A stretch of 64,000 nt of DNA, taken from an uncultured Candidatus Poseidoniales archaeon (GTDB lineage Archaea > Thermoplasmatota > Poseidoniia > Poseidoniales > Thalassarchaeaceae). Made by a program: the position numbers and the translations under genes. The stretch lies in the NCBI GenBank assembly GCA_964585295.1, contig CAZPCY010000008.1:6295-70294 (forward strand), in the 5' to 3' direction. Position 1 is the first letter of the stretch, and every line of letters starts with the position of its first letter. Under the pieces are notes generated by a model. That model had not been told where the DNA came from and searched no databases. It saw nothing but the letters and a program-made list of their open reading frames with translations. Shown piece after piece: positions 1 to 9,865 of this stretch.

Positions 1-1240
1 CGAGCGCTTCCGCGAGCCATCGATCTCCGACCGCACACTCGACGAACCGCGGCTGAGGAGAGAGACGATCTAGCGATGCGGGGAGCGCTAGATCGCTCTC
101 GATTGTTGCTGCTAGAATCGAAGCGCCATCACCATCGTCGTCTCTAGTCGCTTCCAGTGCCCGCAGCCAGTCGTCCGCCATCCTATCGCCGTCGACCACG
201 CGGATTCCGAAGTCGGTCGATTCGACCAGCAGGCAGCGGTCGCCGTCGCCATCGAGAGCGGCACCAATCAAGGTGCCTGGCGTCCATTCAGGTATTCCCC
301 CAGCCGCCCCGACGGCTGCCGCTATCGCATCGATAAGCGCATGTTTGCTGTTGCCATTGCACCCAGCCCGTTCCAACAGAGCGTCGTAGGTCCACACATC
401 CGTCGGTGAGAGTCCACCTGCGCCGCACCTCTCGTTGATTTCTCTTGCCGTATCACCGACCTCGATGGCGCGAATTCCTCTACGGGCGAGGCCGGCGGCC
501 AACCATTCGGTCGAAGCACCACCCGACGAATCGATTAGCAAACCGCAAGGAGCCAGCAGCGAAGCCCAGTCAACCTTCGTGACATCGGTCCCGAGTCTCG
601 CCGCGAAGATATCGAATCGCTTCGCCAAGGTGGCCCTGTGACCGGCAATCGCCGGCAGGAGCGTGTCCGGCCGGCATAGTTCGGGATCGGGCAGTGCGTC
701 ATCCCCCGCCGATGCCAGCTGCCACGCTCTCGCAGCAATCCTCTTTTCGAGGTCCGGAAGCGATTTGCGGCCATCGGCGTCTAGTAGTTTGACGCCGGAA
801 TCGTCAGCTGGATTGTGGCTCGCAGTCACCATCAAACCCGCATCGGCAGCGTTGCCCAGAATCGCATCGTGGAGGCCGGGAGTGGCTACTTCACCACCAT
901 GAACCACCTTGACGCCAGCCAGATGCAAGCCTTCCGTTAGTCCGGCCACCAACATCGCATTGCCCGGCCGCCGATCCCACCCGATAACGACGCGGACCCT
1001 CGGATCGGCAGATGCGAGGCGAGCGATGGTCGGATCTCTAGGCGCCCCATCCGCAGCCTGACCGGCAGCCCGCATCTCGACCAGTTCCTCACCAATCGCC
1101 TGTCCGATAGTGCGGAACGCTCTGCCGTTGACCTCACGGCGGATGACGATTGCCTCCAGTGCCTCGATGTCGGTTGGAGCAGGCTTGGTGACGAGACCTC
1201 GAATGCCGTCGGTGCCGTGTAGCATCGGCCTCTCATCCAT
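1..1240 (-). CDS. glmM: Phosphohexomutase (phosphoglucosamine/phosphomanno-mutase family), runs off the left window edge
   Basis: Not in the ORF track. Manual translation from ATG at 1240 gives MDERPMLHGTDGIRG, the catalytic phosphoserine motif VTASHNP and the metal loop ALDGDGDR. It lies next to a GlmU-like acetyltransferase; exact substrate uncertain. Confidence 0.8.
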   Translation of the reverse strand, partial: MDERPMLHGTDGIRGLVTKPAPTDIEALEAIVIRREVNGRAFRTIGQAIGEELVEMRAAGQAADGAPRDPTIARLASADPRVRVVIGWDRRPGNAMLVAGLTEGLHLAGVKVVHGGEVATPGLHDAILGNAADAGLMVTASHNPADDSGVKLLDADGRKSLPDLEKRIAARAWQLASAGDDALPDPELCRPDTLLPAIAGHRATLAKRFDIFAARLGTDVTKVDWASLLAPCGLLIDSSGGASTEWLAAGLARRGIRAIEVGDTAREINERCGAGGLSPTDVWTYDALLERAGCNGNSKHALIDAIAAAVGAAGGIPEWTPGTLIGAALDGDGDRCLLVESTDFGIRVVDGDRMADDWLRALEATRDDDGDGASILAATIESDLALPASLDRLSPQPRFVECAVGDRWLAEAL

Positions 1241-1249
1241 GACAGCACC

Positions 1250-1954
1250 TCAGCGGATGACGCTGCCTCGCCCGTGTGTACCTGAGACCGTGGCGTTCGG
1301 GTGAACATGGGTATCAGCGGCGAGGATGACTCCGGGGTTGGTCACCACATTGCATCCCAATTGGCAACCACTTCCCAGAATGGCACCGAACTTCCGAAGC
1401 CCGCTCACCACGGCCCCTCCTTCCAACCCGCGCACAATCACTTCTCGACCATCATTACGGAGGTTGCTCAACTTGCAGCCAGCCCCGAGGTTGACCCCCG
1501 GGCCGAGAACCGAGTCTCCCACGTAGTTGAAGTGGGGCGCTTTGGCACCGGGGAGCAGCACCGAGTGCTTCACTTCGGTTGCATGGCCGACGATGGCATT
1601 CGCGCATATCCAAGAGTGTGGCCGGACATAGGCGGCGTGCAGCACCTTCGCTCCACCATCGATATAGCATGGTCCCATCAGCATCGCACCGGGTTCGATT
1701 ATTGCTCCTTCCCGGACTACCACCGGGCCATCTTCATCGTCGATATGGACGCCTTCTGGAATCGCGCCATCACTGCGCCCCAATTCTTCGATTAGTGCGG
1801 CGAGTTGCGCCTTCAAACCATTTTCCGAGGTCGGATCGAGGAACGACCAAATCGGTGTGCCGGTGAGGAAGATTGGCATACCCTGCTCTGATGAAAGGTC
1901 GGGCCATAGAGAGGCTGCGGTAATCGAGGAGGGCGGTACGCCGGACTCGCTCAT
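1250..1954 (-). CDS. Stand-alone GlmU C-terminal-type left-handed beta-helix acetyltransferase (putative glucosamine-1-phosphate N-acetyltransferase)
   Basis: Hexapeptide repeats plus EVKHS..APHFNYVGDSVLG..VNLGAG..SNLR and RKFGAILG, typical of the archaeal GlmU acetyltransferase domain; no nucleotidyltransferase domain. Confidence 0.8.
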   Translation of the reverse strand: MSESGVPPSSITAASLWPDLSSEQGMPIFLTGTPIWSFLDPTSENGLKAQLAALIEELGRSDGAIPEGVHIDDEDGPVVVREGAIIEPGAMLMGPCYIDGGAKVLHAAYVRPHSWICANAIVGHATEVKHSVLLPGAKAPHFNYVGDSVLGPGVNLGAGCKLSNLRNDGREVIVRGLEGGAVVSGLRKFGAILGSGCQLGCNVVTNPGVILAADTHVHPNATVSGTHGRGSVIR

Positions 1955-2061
1955 CGCGTCGACGAGCGTCTAGGTGCGCTTCATGCTTTCACCCTCGGGA
2001 CGCAACTGGAGATTGACCTTCGAACATCCGAGATAGAGTTCAACCGATTCGTCCGCCCCGC

Positions 2062-3687
2062 TTAATCGAGCGCTTTCGGGGCCGAGGCGAGGACATCACT
2101 GCTGCACCCGGCCGCATACTTCTCAAAGTGGTCGTTGAACATCCTAGCCAACTCGTCCGCGGCCGCATCGTATTCCTCGCCGTGTTCCCATGTCCCACGT
2201 GGCTGCAGGATCTCGCTGGGTACGTCCTCGACTGAGAGCGGGACTTCGAACCCGAAGCGGGGGTCGATTGTGAAATCAGCTTCATCGAGAGACCCGTCGA
2301 GTGCTGCGTTCAACAACGCCCTCGTCCATCTAATCCGAATCCTATCGCTGCGTGAAGCGCCACCTGCGACCCAACCTGTGTTGAGAAGCCAACAGGTCGC
2401 CTCATGGTCCTCCATCTTCTCACTGAGCAGATCCGCATAGACGCTTGGATGCATGGGCATGAACGGGGCTCCGAAGCAAGCGGAGAAAGTCGCTTGGGGT
2501 TCGGTAATGCCTACTTCGGTCCCCGCAACCTTCGCCGTGTAGCCGGCGATGAAGTGGTAGGCTGCCTGCGACGGCGAGAGTCGAGCGAGAGGAGGTAGGA
2601 CGCCAAAGGCGTCACAGGTGAGGAAGACGACATTGCGGGGATGACCAGCCATCGATGAACGGACGCGATTGTCGATGAAGTCGATAGGATAGGAACCACG
2701 CGTGTTCTCTGTGATGCTGGCGTCGTCGAAGTCCGGTTCCCCATAATCATCGAGGATGACGTTCTCTAGGATGCTTCCAGACATTCGACTCGTCGCGAAG
2801 ATCTCAGGCTCGTCCTCCTCGCTTAGACGAATCATCTTCGCGTAACAACCACCCTCGAAGTTGAAGACGCCATTCTCGGACCAGCCGTGTTCGTCATCAC
2901 CAATCAACGGCCGCCCAGGGTCGGCTGAGAGTGTGGTCTTACCGGTACCGGATAGGCCGAAGAACACCGCGGCATCTCCCGCTTCGCCGACATTGGCGGA
3001 GCAGTGCATGGGTAGATGTCCCCGCAGAGGTAGCCGATGGTTCATCACCGAGAACATCGCCTTCTTGATCTCGCCAGCGTATTCGGTGCCACAGATAATG
3101 ACCACACCTTCGGCGAAGGATATCGCCACCGCCACATCACTTCCCTCTCTCACTCCATCGGCGCCTCCCTCCAGTTTCAGGAACGGTGCGTGTAGGATGG
3201 TGAACTCCGGTCGATGCTCTTCGATAGCAGACAGGGGCAGTCGTAGGAACATGTTTCGCGCGAAGGCGGCGTGCCACGCACTCTCGGTCACTAGCCGAAG
3301 GGGCATTCGCAGGTTTGAATCGGAGCCGACTGCCAAATCCTGCACATGCAATTCGTCTTGGCCCTCGAGATGTTCGATCGCCTTCGCCTTAAGCGCGGCG
3401 AAGTCTGCGGTCGCCATTGGGACATTGACATCACCCCACCAGACATCGTCGGTCGCGCCCGCTTCATCGACGATGTATCGATCTCTCGGCGATCGCCCGG
3501 TTCTTTCCCCAGTCAAAGCGAGCAGGACTCCGTGTGCGGTCTCCACTGCTTCACCGCGTGCGATGGCGATGGCGAAGAGATCCGCCCATTCGAGGTTCCA
3601 ATGTTCATCGCCTTGGTAGTCCAGCCCGTGTGCAGACAGGCCGATTGGCCCGCCGCAACCGGCGGTGCCGAGCACCGGGAGCGCCAT
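2062..3687 (-). CDS. pckA: Phosphoenolpyruvate carboxykinase (ATP)
   Basis: Motifs TGRSPRD, GTEYAGEIKK, HCSAN, FFGLSGTGKTTLS, LIGDDEHGW, NFEGGCYAK. Start 3687 chosen; 3711 is possible. Confidence 0.96.
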   Translation of the reverse strand: MALPVLGTAGCGGPIGLSAHGLDYQGDEHWNLEWADLFAIAIARGEAVETAHGVLLALTGERTGRSPRDRYIVDEAGATDDVWWGDVNVPMATADFAALKAKAIEHLEGQDELHVQDLAVGSDSNLRMPLRLVTESAWHAAFARNMFLRLPLSAIEEHRPEFTILHAPFLKLEGGADGVREGSDVAVAISFAEGVVIICGTEYAGEIKKAMFSVMNHRLPLRGHLPMHCSANVGEAGDAAVFFGLSGTGKTTLSADPGRPLIGDDEHGWSENGVFNFEGGCYAKMIRLSEEDEPEIFATSRMSGSILENVILDDYGEPDFDDASITENTRGSYPIDFIDNRVRSSMAGHPRNVVFLTCDAFGVLPPLARLSPSQAAYHFIAGYTAKVAGTEVGITEPQATFSACFGAPFMPMHPSVYADLLSEKMEDHEATCWLLNTGWVAGGASRSDRIRIRWTRALLNAALDGSLDEADFTIDPRFGFEVPLSVEDVPSEILQPRGTWEHGEEYDAAADELARMFNDHFEKYAAGCSSDVLASAPKALD

Positions 3688-3841
3688 GCCCGCGCGGCCG
3701 TTCAGCCCCATTCAAGCATTGCGACAGGTGATGATGAGCCGTCCCGCAATGGCTGGCGTTGCGGGAAGCGATGGAATCGTGCAGCGGCTCGCCATATGAA
3801 CGGGGAGCATTCATTCGGACGTTCACTCCCACGCAGGCACG

Positions 3842-6800
3842 ATGTCCGAGCCGGGCGAGGAGGACCGCTTCCTCGAGGAGCGCGCCTTCCGGATAGGAGG
3901 TAGCATCGATATCGGCGACCTAATCGATGATGCAAAGGATAGTCTCTCGGAAGGAGAGCGGGCGGAAGAAGAGAGAATTGCTGCGGCCGAAGCAGGAGAG
4001 GCTGCCGCGATTCGAGAAGAGGAAACGGAGGACGAGGACGAGGCGATTGGCCCCCTCTTCGATCCATTCTCCGAAGGGGATGAGGCCGGAGCGATAGCGA
4101 TTGATGGGACGGTGGTCTCTGCGCCCGAGCAGGACGCCGTCTCCAAGATGGCGGTAGAAGGAGAGCAACGTCTCCATTGGGGTCTCATGGCTGCGATGAT
4201 CACCGTCTATTCGCTCATCAGCCTCGTCGTCGGATTCGCTCTAACACCTCTCGTCGCTTTCTTCGGACTGGTCGCTCTAGCGGCGCTGGGATTCATCCTC
4301 AGCGAGCGTTGGGTACCGAGGGCATCGATGCACAACCTCGGTATCGTCTGGGTCATCATCGCGATGAAGATCCTTTACGGTCTCGCGATAGAATTGCACC
4401 GCTGGGATCTCTTTGGACTATTCCCACTCTCTACCGAGGCGCTGGGGGTCTCCCTTCTGTTGCTGGTGGGAGTCAACATCGCGTTCGCCTACCGACACGA
4501 CCACGACGCGATCGCCACTCAAGCGGTGCTGGTGCTGCTGGCGATCTCTTCGACGGCCGGCTCATTCTTCGGTGAGATGGGTGTTGCCGCGATGCTCCTC
4601 CTCGCCACGGTGCTCGTCCATTCGCTGGCACTGCATCGAAGTAGTGGAAATCTCGCCTCGCTCGGTATCGCAGCATCGAATCTCTGGATTGGGATGCACG
4701 CCGTGACTGGAGGCCTGACTCTCGGTTCGCTGACAATCTTGCCATTGCAGACTCCTCTCCTGCTGTTCATGTTGATGCTGGGCGTGAATGGTATCAATGC
4801 CACCATGGCCGCTCGTTTTGCTAGGGAAGAGAACTGGTTCTCGAAGGGACTCTCAATGGTCGGCCTCGGCCGCCCTGGTCTTTGGTCGGTGTCCGTCGGT
4901 CTCGGGATGGTCGGAGCTCTGATGGCTATCGCCGCCCATCGCGAAGACTCGGCTTATGCCCTAGGTATGGTAACCGCTCTGCTAGCGGCGTTCGCGGGCT
5001 CGTACCTGCATGTTCGGGGAGTCGATACGAAACGCATCCAGATTGTGTTGCTTCCTAGTTCCGCCGTGCTCACCTTCCTACTGGTTCTCTTCGATGCGGA
5101 GCTTCTCCCATCCTTGGGAATCATCGCTGGATACGAGTCGTTCACGATTGGCGCGGCCGCTGTCTCCGGCTGGCTGCTGCTGTCCAATCAGGAGAGCGTC
5201 ACCGATCGAGTGCTATGGATGGGATCGATCGCCATAGCAGCACTGCTCACCGTGTTGATACCGGCGCGCGCGCTGGATGCGGGGGGTGATGGTGGTCTAC
5301 TGCTGCTGGCGACTCTCTCCATATTGCACATCGGCACCGCGACCCTCGCCCTCAAACGCCACTCGCACTCACTAGCCGGAACCGCCGTAATCACTCCGTG
5401 GATATGGGTAATGGTGGTTGAGGGGGTCAGCGGCATCGTCCGCACCTTCACTACTCTGAATACCGGCGACACCGTCCATCTAGTAGCCCTCGATGGTAAT
5501 CTGCTGGGCGCCTATCTCGTACTCGCCTCGCTGATACAGGCTCCTTGCAATCTGGCGATGGGTGAGAAGGGAGTAAATCTCGCCGATCGTTTCCTAGGAA
5601 TAGCCGAGATTGCGGCGCGGTTGCGGGATTCCGGAATGATGCGCCTCTGGAACATCGGCTGGATCCTCGGCCTCGCTGTCTGGTTGGCACGAGGCGGTGC
5701 AGGCGACATGTCGGGGTGGGTCCTGATGGCCGGACTCGGCGTTCACGCTGCCGTTCACATCGCAGCCGATGTTAGCGGTCGACACCAGGACAATCCTAGG
5801 TTGCTGCTCGGTGCGCTAGGAGTCTCAATCGCCGTCGTCATGTGGCGGCATGGCATGGATGGAGTCTGGCTGATCGCCTTCGTCCTAGCAAGTGGTTCCC
5901 TTTGTTCCATCAGGCGCGATCCGGAGCGCGAAGCGCAGATGCAGATGCTATCGATGACGCTGCTGACGTTGCTGATACTTGTTTGGGGGAGCGCTCGAAC
6001 GATTCGCTCACCACTAGATACGAGCCCGATGATTAGCGATCAGTTGACCGGCTGGCTTGCCATCACGGTGGTCGCTGTGCAGTTGGCGATCTATCTACCT
6101 AGGGTATCGCGATATGAGGATCTTCTGAGACCAGCGATTAGCTCCATCGCGATGCTGGTTGCTACGATTGCAGCCGCTTGGAATGTCGGTGTGGATGCGT
6201 GGCAGCCGACTGCGGCAGGTGTGCTGCTGCTGGCCTGCGGCCTATGGCTCGCCGCCAACGGCGAGATCAGGAGCGAGTTGAAGGCGGTGGCCAAGCGGGA
6301 GTCGAGACTCGCTTCACTGGCCGAGAGTCAACGCGTCGCACAGGCGCTAGCCATCGGGTCGGTACCTAAGGCCACCCTAACACCTTCTCTTCCTGAATCG
6401 GTGGATGGTAATGGCACACCTTCGTCTCCATCGGATTACGATGGATCGCCTGACCGAACCTATCACTTCCCAGACGAAGCGACCGCCGAGCGCGCCATCT
6501 CATCCGACTTGACCGCCGCCGCTTTGGCGAGTTCGGCCCAAGCAGTCTCGATTGGAGACGTCGGTGCGATAGACCCGCGCATGGTCGAGTTGGTAGAGAA
6601 GCAGCGTCGTCGTCGTAAGCGATCTGGTTCCACCGGCGCCGATGATCTGCTGATTGGCGACATCCACCATCGACCAGTGGTCATACTAGCGTTCATCTTG
6701 ACGGGAATCCTAGGTGCGTCACTGCTCTCCTTCCTGAATGGGTCGTTTGGGCCAGGTCTGATTGCGCTGATTGGAATTTGGTCGGTCGCATTGATTGCGA

Positions 6801-7861
6801 TCTCCCGTTGGCGCGCTTCGGTGCACGATCTCAGGCTACCTGATGTTATGGGGATCGAGACGCCGTTCGCTGTCGCCTTGCTCGGAGTAGGGCTCGTTCA
6901 GGTCGCAGCCCATATGTCCTCGGGTGCATCGAAATGGGACCAATTGGACCTCCTCGCCTTGGTCGGCGTCACCACCATACTAGCTGTGATGTCCCTCGCC
7001 GGTCGCAGCGATTTGGCGATGCGCATCCCGTCCTCGCTTGAGTGGCTGGTGCTCGCCCTGCTCCTCCCGAGACTCCTCGGGGCACTCTTCGGAGAGGGCA
7101 ATCCTTTCCCGCTTTCCGTCGATCCGTTCGACGAATCAGGCGAACTCCTCGCATGGACGATTCCTCATCTCGTCCAAGAGGCGGTCCTGATTGTAGCCGT
7201 GCTGCTATGGGATTGGATCGAGGGGGTTCGCCGGTCAAAGGGGATGCCTGATCATCATGGGGCGAACGGAAGGGGGGGCTGGGCGTTCGCTATTGTATTG
7301 CTATCGATTGGACCGGCAGGCCTGTTGGCCGCCTCCTTCGCAATCAGGCGAGGATGGCATTGGGAGCAGCCCACGGCCGTGAGTATCGGCATCCTCGCGG
7401 GGGCCGTCACCCTGTTCGCCTTCGTCTCTTGGATAGATGCGCTCGCACCCTACGTCGGGTGGATACTGGTTCTGCTCGGCTGCGTCCTGCTCGCCGTCGT
7501 TGCAGGCACCGTGCCACCGTCGAGGGCTCGCTGGACCGGTAGCTTCGCGCTCGCTGCTCACATCCTGCTCCCCATCGGCGCGGCGATAACGACCGGTGGT
7601 CTGACCGTCTGGGTGCTGGTCGCTCTGTTCGCACTCTCGATGACCTCATGGTGCGTCGGCATCCTGCAACTGCGGAAGGGTCTCCGCTTCGTCGGTGCCT
7701 TCGATCTAGTATTCGCGCTCACACTCGCCCTGCTGACGATGCGGGCGGCCCTACTAGAGCCGACGACCGCCTTGATCGCCCTCGTCGCGCTTGCTATCGA
7801 GCTCGGAGTAGTGGTATGGCTCGGACAGCGGTATCAGGATGCGATGGCAGCATCTGAGTGA
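3842..7861 (+). CDS. Very large polytopic membrane protein of unknown function (1339 aa)
   Basis: Acidic N-terminus, then dozens of hydrophobic helices interrupted by one hydrophilic loop containing KQRRRRKR. Confidence 0.8.
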   Translation: MSEPGEEDRFLEERAFRIGGSIDIGDLIDDAKDSLSEGERAEEERIAAAEAGEAAAIREEETEDEDEAIGPLFDPFSEGDEAGAIAIDGTVVSAPEQDAVSKMAVEGEQRLHWGLMAAMITVYSLISLVVGFALTPLVAFFGLVALAALGFILSERWVPRASMHNLGIVWVIIAMKILYGLAIELHRWDLFGLFPLSTEALGVSLLLLVGVNIAFAYRHDHDAIATQAVLVLLAISSTAGSFFGEMGVAAMLLLATVLVHSLALHRSSGNLASLGIAASNLWIGMHAVTGGLTLGSLTILPLQTPLLLFMLMLGVNGINATMAARFAREENWFSKGLSMVGLGRPGLWSVSVGLGMVGALMAIAAHREDSAYALGMVTALLAAFAGSYLHVRGVDTKRIQIVLLPSSAVLTFLLVLFDAELLPSLGIIAGYESFTIGAAAVSGWLLLSNQESVTDRVLWMGSIAIAALLTVLIPARALDAGGDGGLLLLATLSILHIGTATLALKRHSHSLAGTAVITPWIWVMVVEGVSGIVRTFTTLNTGDTVHLVALDGNLLGAYLVLASLIQAPCNLAMGEKGVNLADRFLGIAEIAARLRDSGMMRLWNIGWILGLAVWLARGGAGDMSGWVLMAGLGVHAAVHIAADVSGRHQDNPRLLLGALGVSIAVVMWRHGMDGVWLIAFVLASGSLCSIRRDPEREAQMQMLSMTLLTLLILVWGSARTIRSPLDTSPMISDQLTGWLAITVVAVQLAIYLPRVSRYEDLLRPAISSIAMLVATIAAAWNVGVDAWQPTAAGVLLLACGLWLAANGEIRSELKAVAKRESRLASLAESQRVAQALAIGSVPKATLTPSLPESVDGNGTPSSPSDYDGSPDRTYHFPDEATAERAISSDLTAAALASSAQAVSIGDVGAIDPRMVELVEKQRRRRKRSGSTGADDLLIGDIHHRPVVILAFILTGILGASLLSFLNGSFGPGLIALIGIWSVALIAISRWRASVHDLRLPDVMGIETPFAVALLGVGLVQVAAHMSSGASKWDQLDLLALVGVTTILAVMSLAGRSDLAMRIPSSLEWLVLALLLPRLLGALFGEGNPFPLSVDPFDESGELLAWTIPHLVQEAVLIVAVLLWDWIEGVRRSKGMPDHHGANGRGGWAFAIVLLSIGPAGLLAASFAIRRGWHWEQPTAVSIGILAGAVTLFAFVSWIDALAPYVGWILVLLGCVLLAVVAGTVPPSRARWTGSFALAAHILLPIGAAITTGGLTVWVLVALFALSMTSWCVGILQLRKGLRFVGAFDLVFALTLALLTMRAALLEPTTALIALVALAIELGVVVWLGQRYQDAMAASE

Positions 7862-8673
7862 CCAACGACCATGTGCTCACTGATTCCATCTTGGCAGGTC
7901 ATCATCATCCTCGTTGCAGGTGGTTTGAAGGGGGCTGGTTTGTCTCCCGGGTCGTGCGACCCAGCAGTCCGTTCATCCTCCCATGGTCGGATGGTCGAGG
8001 TGGAACCCTAGGGCCGGTCGATTGGGTCAAGAGTCGTCCATTCACTACCTTCCACCTCATTATCTCCATGTCGCTCCTAGCCTGGCTCGGGTTCGGTTCG
8101 ACAACCTCCTGCGAAACCGAAGCTCAGCGACTAATCTGTGCTAATGCCATCTGGCCGAGCGATCTGGTCGAAGCACCGCATCGACTGTTCCTCTCCTACA
8201 TCACCGCACCTTGGTTTCACAACAGCATGGAGCACATCCTGCTGATTGTGGTTTGCCTCTTCCTGATATCCCAAACGGCTGAGGTTCGTCTTGGTACCAA
8301 GAGGACCGTCTTTCTATTCTTCACCGGTACCGCCGTCGTAGCCACCATCATCGCCATCATCCTCAACGTCGGAGCATCACTGCATGACTCTCCTTGGTTT
8401 AGCGGCGGCCTCGCCCGGAATTGGATGGGTGGATCGGTTGGTCTCTACTGCGCTATGGGTGCCCTCTTCGCTCAGACCCGCCGTCCGGAATTTGCTTTCC
8501 TCGCATATTTCGTGTTCGACGCCCTGAACCTCTTCGTTTACCACGGAGCCGCCAGCCAGACCATCTCCGCCCATGTACTCGCGGTAGCACTCGGCGGTGC
8601 GATAGGTTGGCGATGGCGGAACGAGGGAATGGAATGGGATCCGATTGCCAACTACACCTCCTCTCCAATCTAG
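7858..8673 (+). CDS. Rhomboid-family intramembrane serine protease
   Basis: TAPWFHNSMEHI, catalytic-Ser-like GGSVG and His in SAHVLAVALG; about 6 TM segments; overlaps the upstream stop (GTGA). Confidence 0.75.
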   Translation: MTNDHVLTDSILAGHHHPRCRWFEGGWFVSRVVRPSSPFILPWSDGRGGTLGPVDWVKSRPFTTFHLIISMSLLAWLGFGSTTSCETEAQRLICANAIWPSDLVEAPHRLFLSYITAPWFHNSMEHILLIVVCLFLISQTAEVRLGTKRTVFLFFTGTAVVATIIAIILNVGASLHDSPWFSGGLARNWMGGSVGLYCAMGALFAQTRRPEFAFLAYFVFDALNLFVYHGAASQTISAHVLAVALGGAIGWRWRNEGMEWDPIANYTSSPI

Positions 8674-8781
8674 CCTTGATCGCCGCATAGTGGATGAGAA
8701 TCACCATGAAGGCTGACCGCAACCACCGTGCGAGGCCGCCGGAGCAAGGGTTGATGTCGCAGCGCCGGACCGATTGGATAT

Positions 8782-9738
8782 GTGACCGGACCGTGGATCA
8801 CGGATGTCCCTGAGGATGTCGAGCACCCCCCCATCCCCCTCGGCCTCAATGAGATGACGGTTCCCAGAGCAGCGCTGGTGCTCTCCGCATCGACGCTAGC
8901 CATCCTCCTCGTCATGATGTCTTGGATCGGCATCGCGGCTTATTCGTTCTCAAAGCAACTCGACGGTTCCTTTGCCGCAGGAGATCAGGAGGTGCTCCGG
9001 AAGGACGGGCGATGGGCGTGGGAAGTCGACTTTCTCTTCGATACTTGCGAGCCACTCGACGCGACCTGGACATGGCCCGACAATCTCTCTGCACAGGATG
9101 ACTCGTTCTTCTATCCAGGGGCGCTTGCATGCGATTGGGAGATGCAGGGGGTGAACGACCACGCAGTCGTCGTCGTTCACAATCGCGTCAATACCTCCTA
9201 CGATCTGCTTCTTGAAATCGACGATGCGCGAGTGGAATTCGCTTCGACCGGCGAGCAGCAGATGCTGCTCGATGATCTCTCTGCCTACAACGCGAGCTTC
9301 GCCGAAATCGTCCTGACCGCCGATGTGGACGAGATGGAGTTCAACGTGACCGCTCGCCACGTCAGTGTGGTCGAGGCGGTGGTCCCGATGCGAGTATCCG
9401 TGATTAAGGGCAGCGAGCAACGCCCGGTGCATGTGGAGGATGGCGACTCGCTCCAGGTGCACTACATAGTTTGGGATGCTGACACCGAGGAGCAGTTGGA
9501 TGAGGGAGACCTACCGGTTGTCGCAGGCGAGGACCCCACCTACATCCGAGGATTCGGTTGGGGACAGATAGGCTTGGACATCGGCAACGACAGGGGAGTC
9601 GTTCCGGGAATCGACACAGGGACCAAGCACACAGTACTTCTTCCGCCCGACATCGCGTATGGCACGCGAGACGGACACGAGTTGCAGCATTCCTGGCTCC
9701 GCTTCGAACTGGAATTGACCCAGTACCGAAACATCTGA
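8782..9738 (+). CDS. Membrane-anchored protein with C-terminal FKBP-type peptidyl-prolyl isomerase domain
   Basis: N-terminal TM helix; GDSLQVHY, YIRGF, VLLPPDIAYG and LRFELEL match the FKBP fold; four N-X-S/T sequons. Confidence 0.75.
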   Translation: MTGPWITDVPEDVEHPPIPLGLNEMTVPRAALVLSASTLAILLVMMSWIGIAAYSFSKQLDGSFAAGDQEVLRKDGRWAWEVDFLFDTCEPLDATWTWPDNLSAQDDSFFYPGALACDWEMQGVNDHAVVVVHNRVNTSYDLLLEIDDARVEFASTGEQQMLLDDLSAYNASFAEIVLTADVDEMEFNVTARHVSVVEAVVPMRVSVIKGSEQRPVHVEDGDSLQVHYIVWDADTEEQLDEGDLPVVAGEDPTYIRGFGWGQIGLDIGNDRGVVPGIDTGTKHTVLLPPDIAYGTRDGHELQHSWLRFELELTQYRNI

Positions 9739-9865
9739 TCGCCACACGTGATCTACACATTGTTCCCTCACGCTTCTCGGGTTGGATATAGTGGTTGGAA
9801 GCCCCGTTCTGCAACGGGCCGCGCGAGGCGATAATGCCTTGACCGGAAGCGACCGGTCGCGGCGC

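Noticed and set aside
2861-3619. Long antisense ORFs over pckA (similar ones at 51817-52671, 58395-59243, 59972-60709)
   Set aside because: Stop-poor shadows expected from high-GC codon bias opposite better-supported genes.
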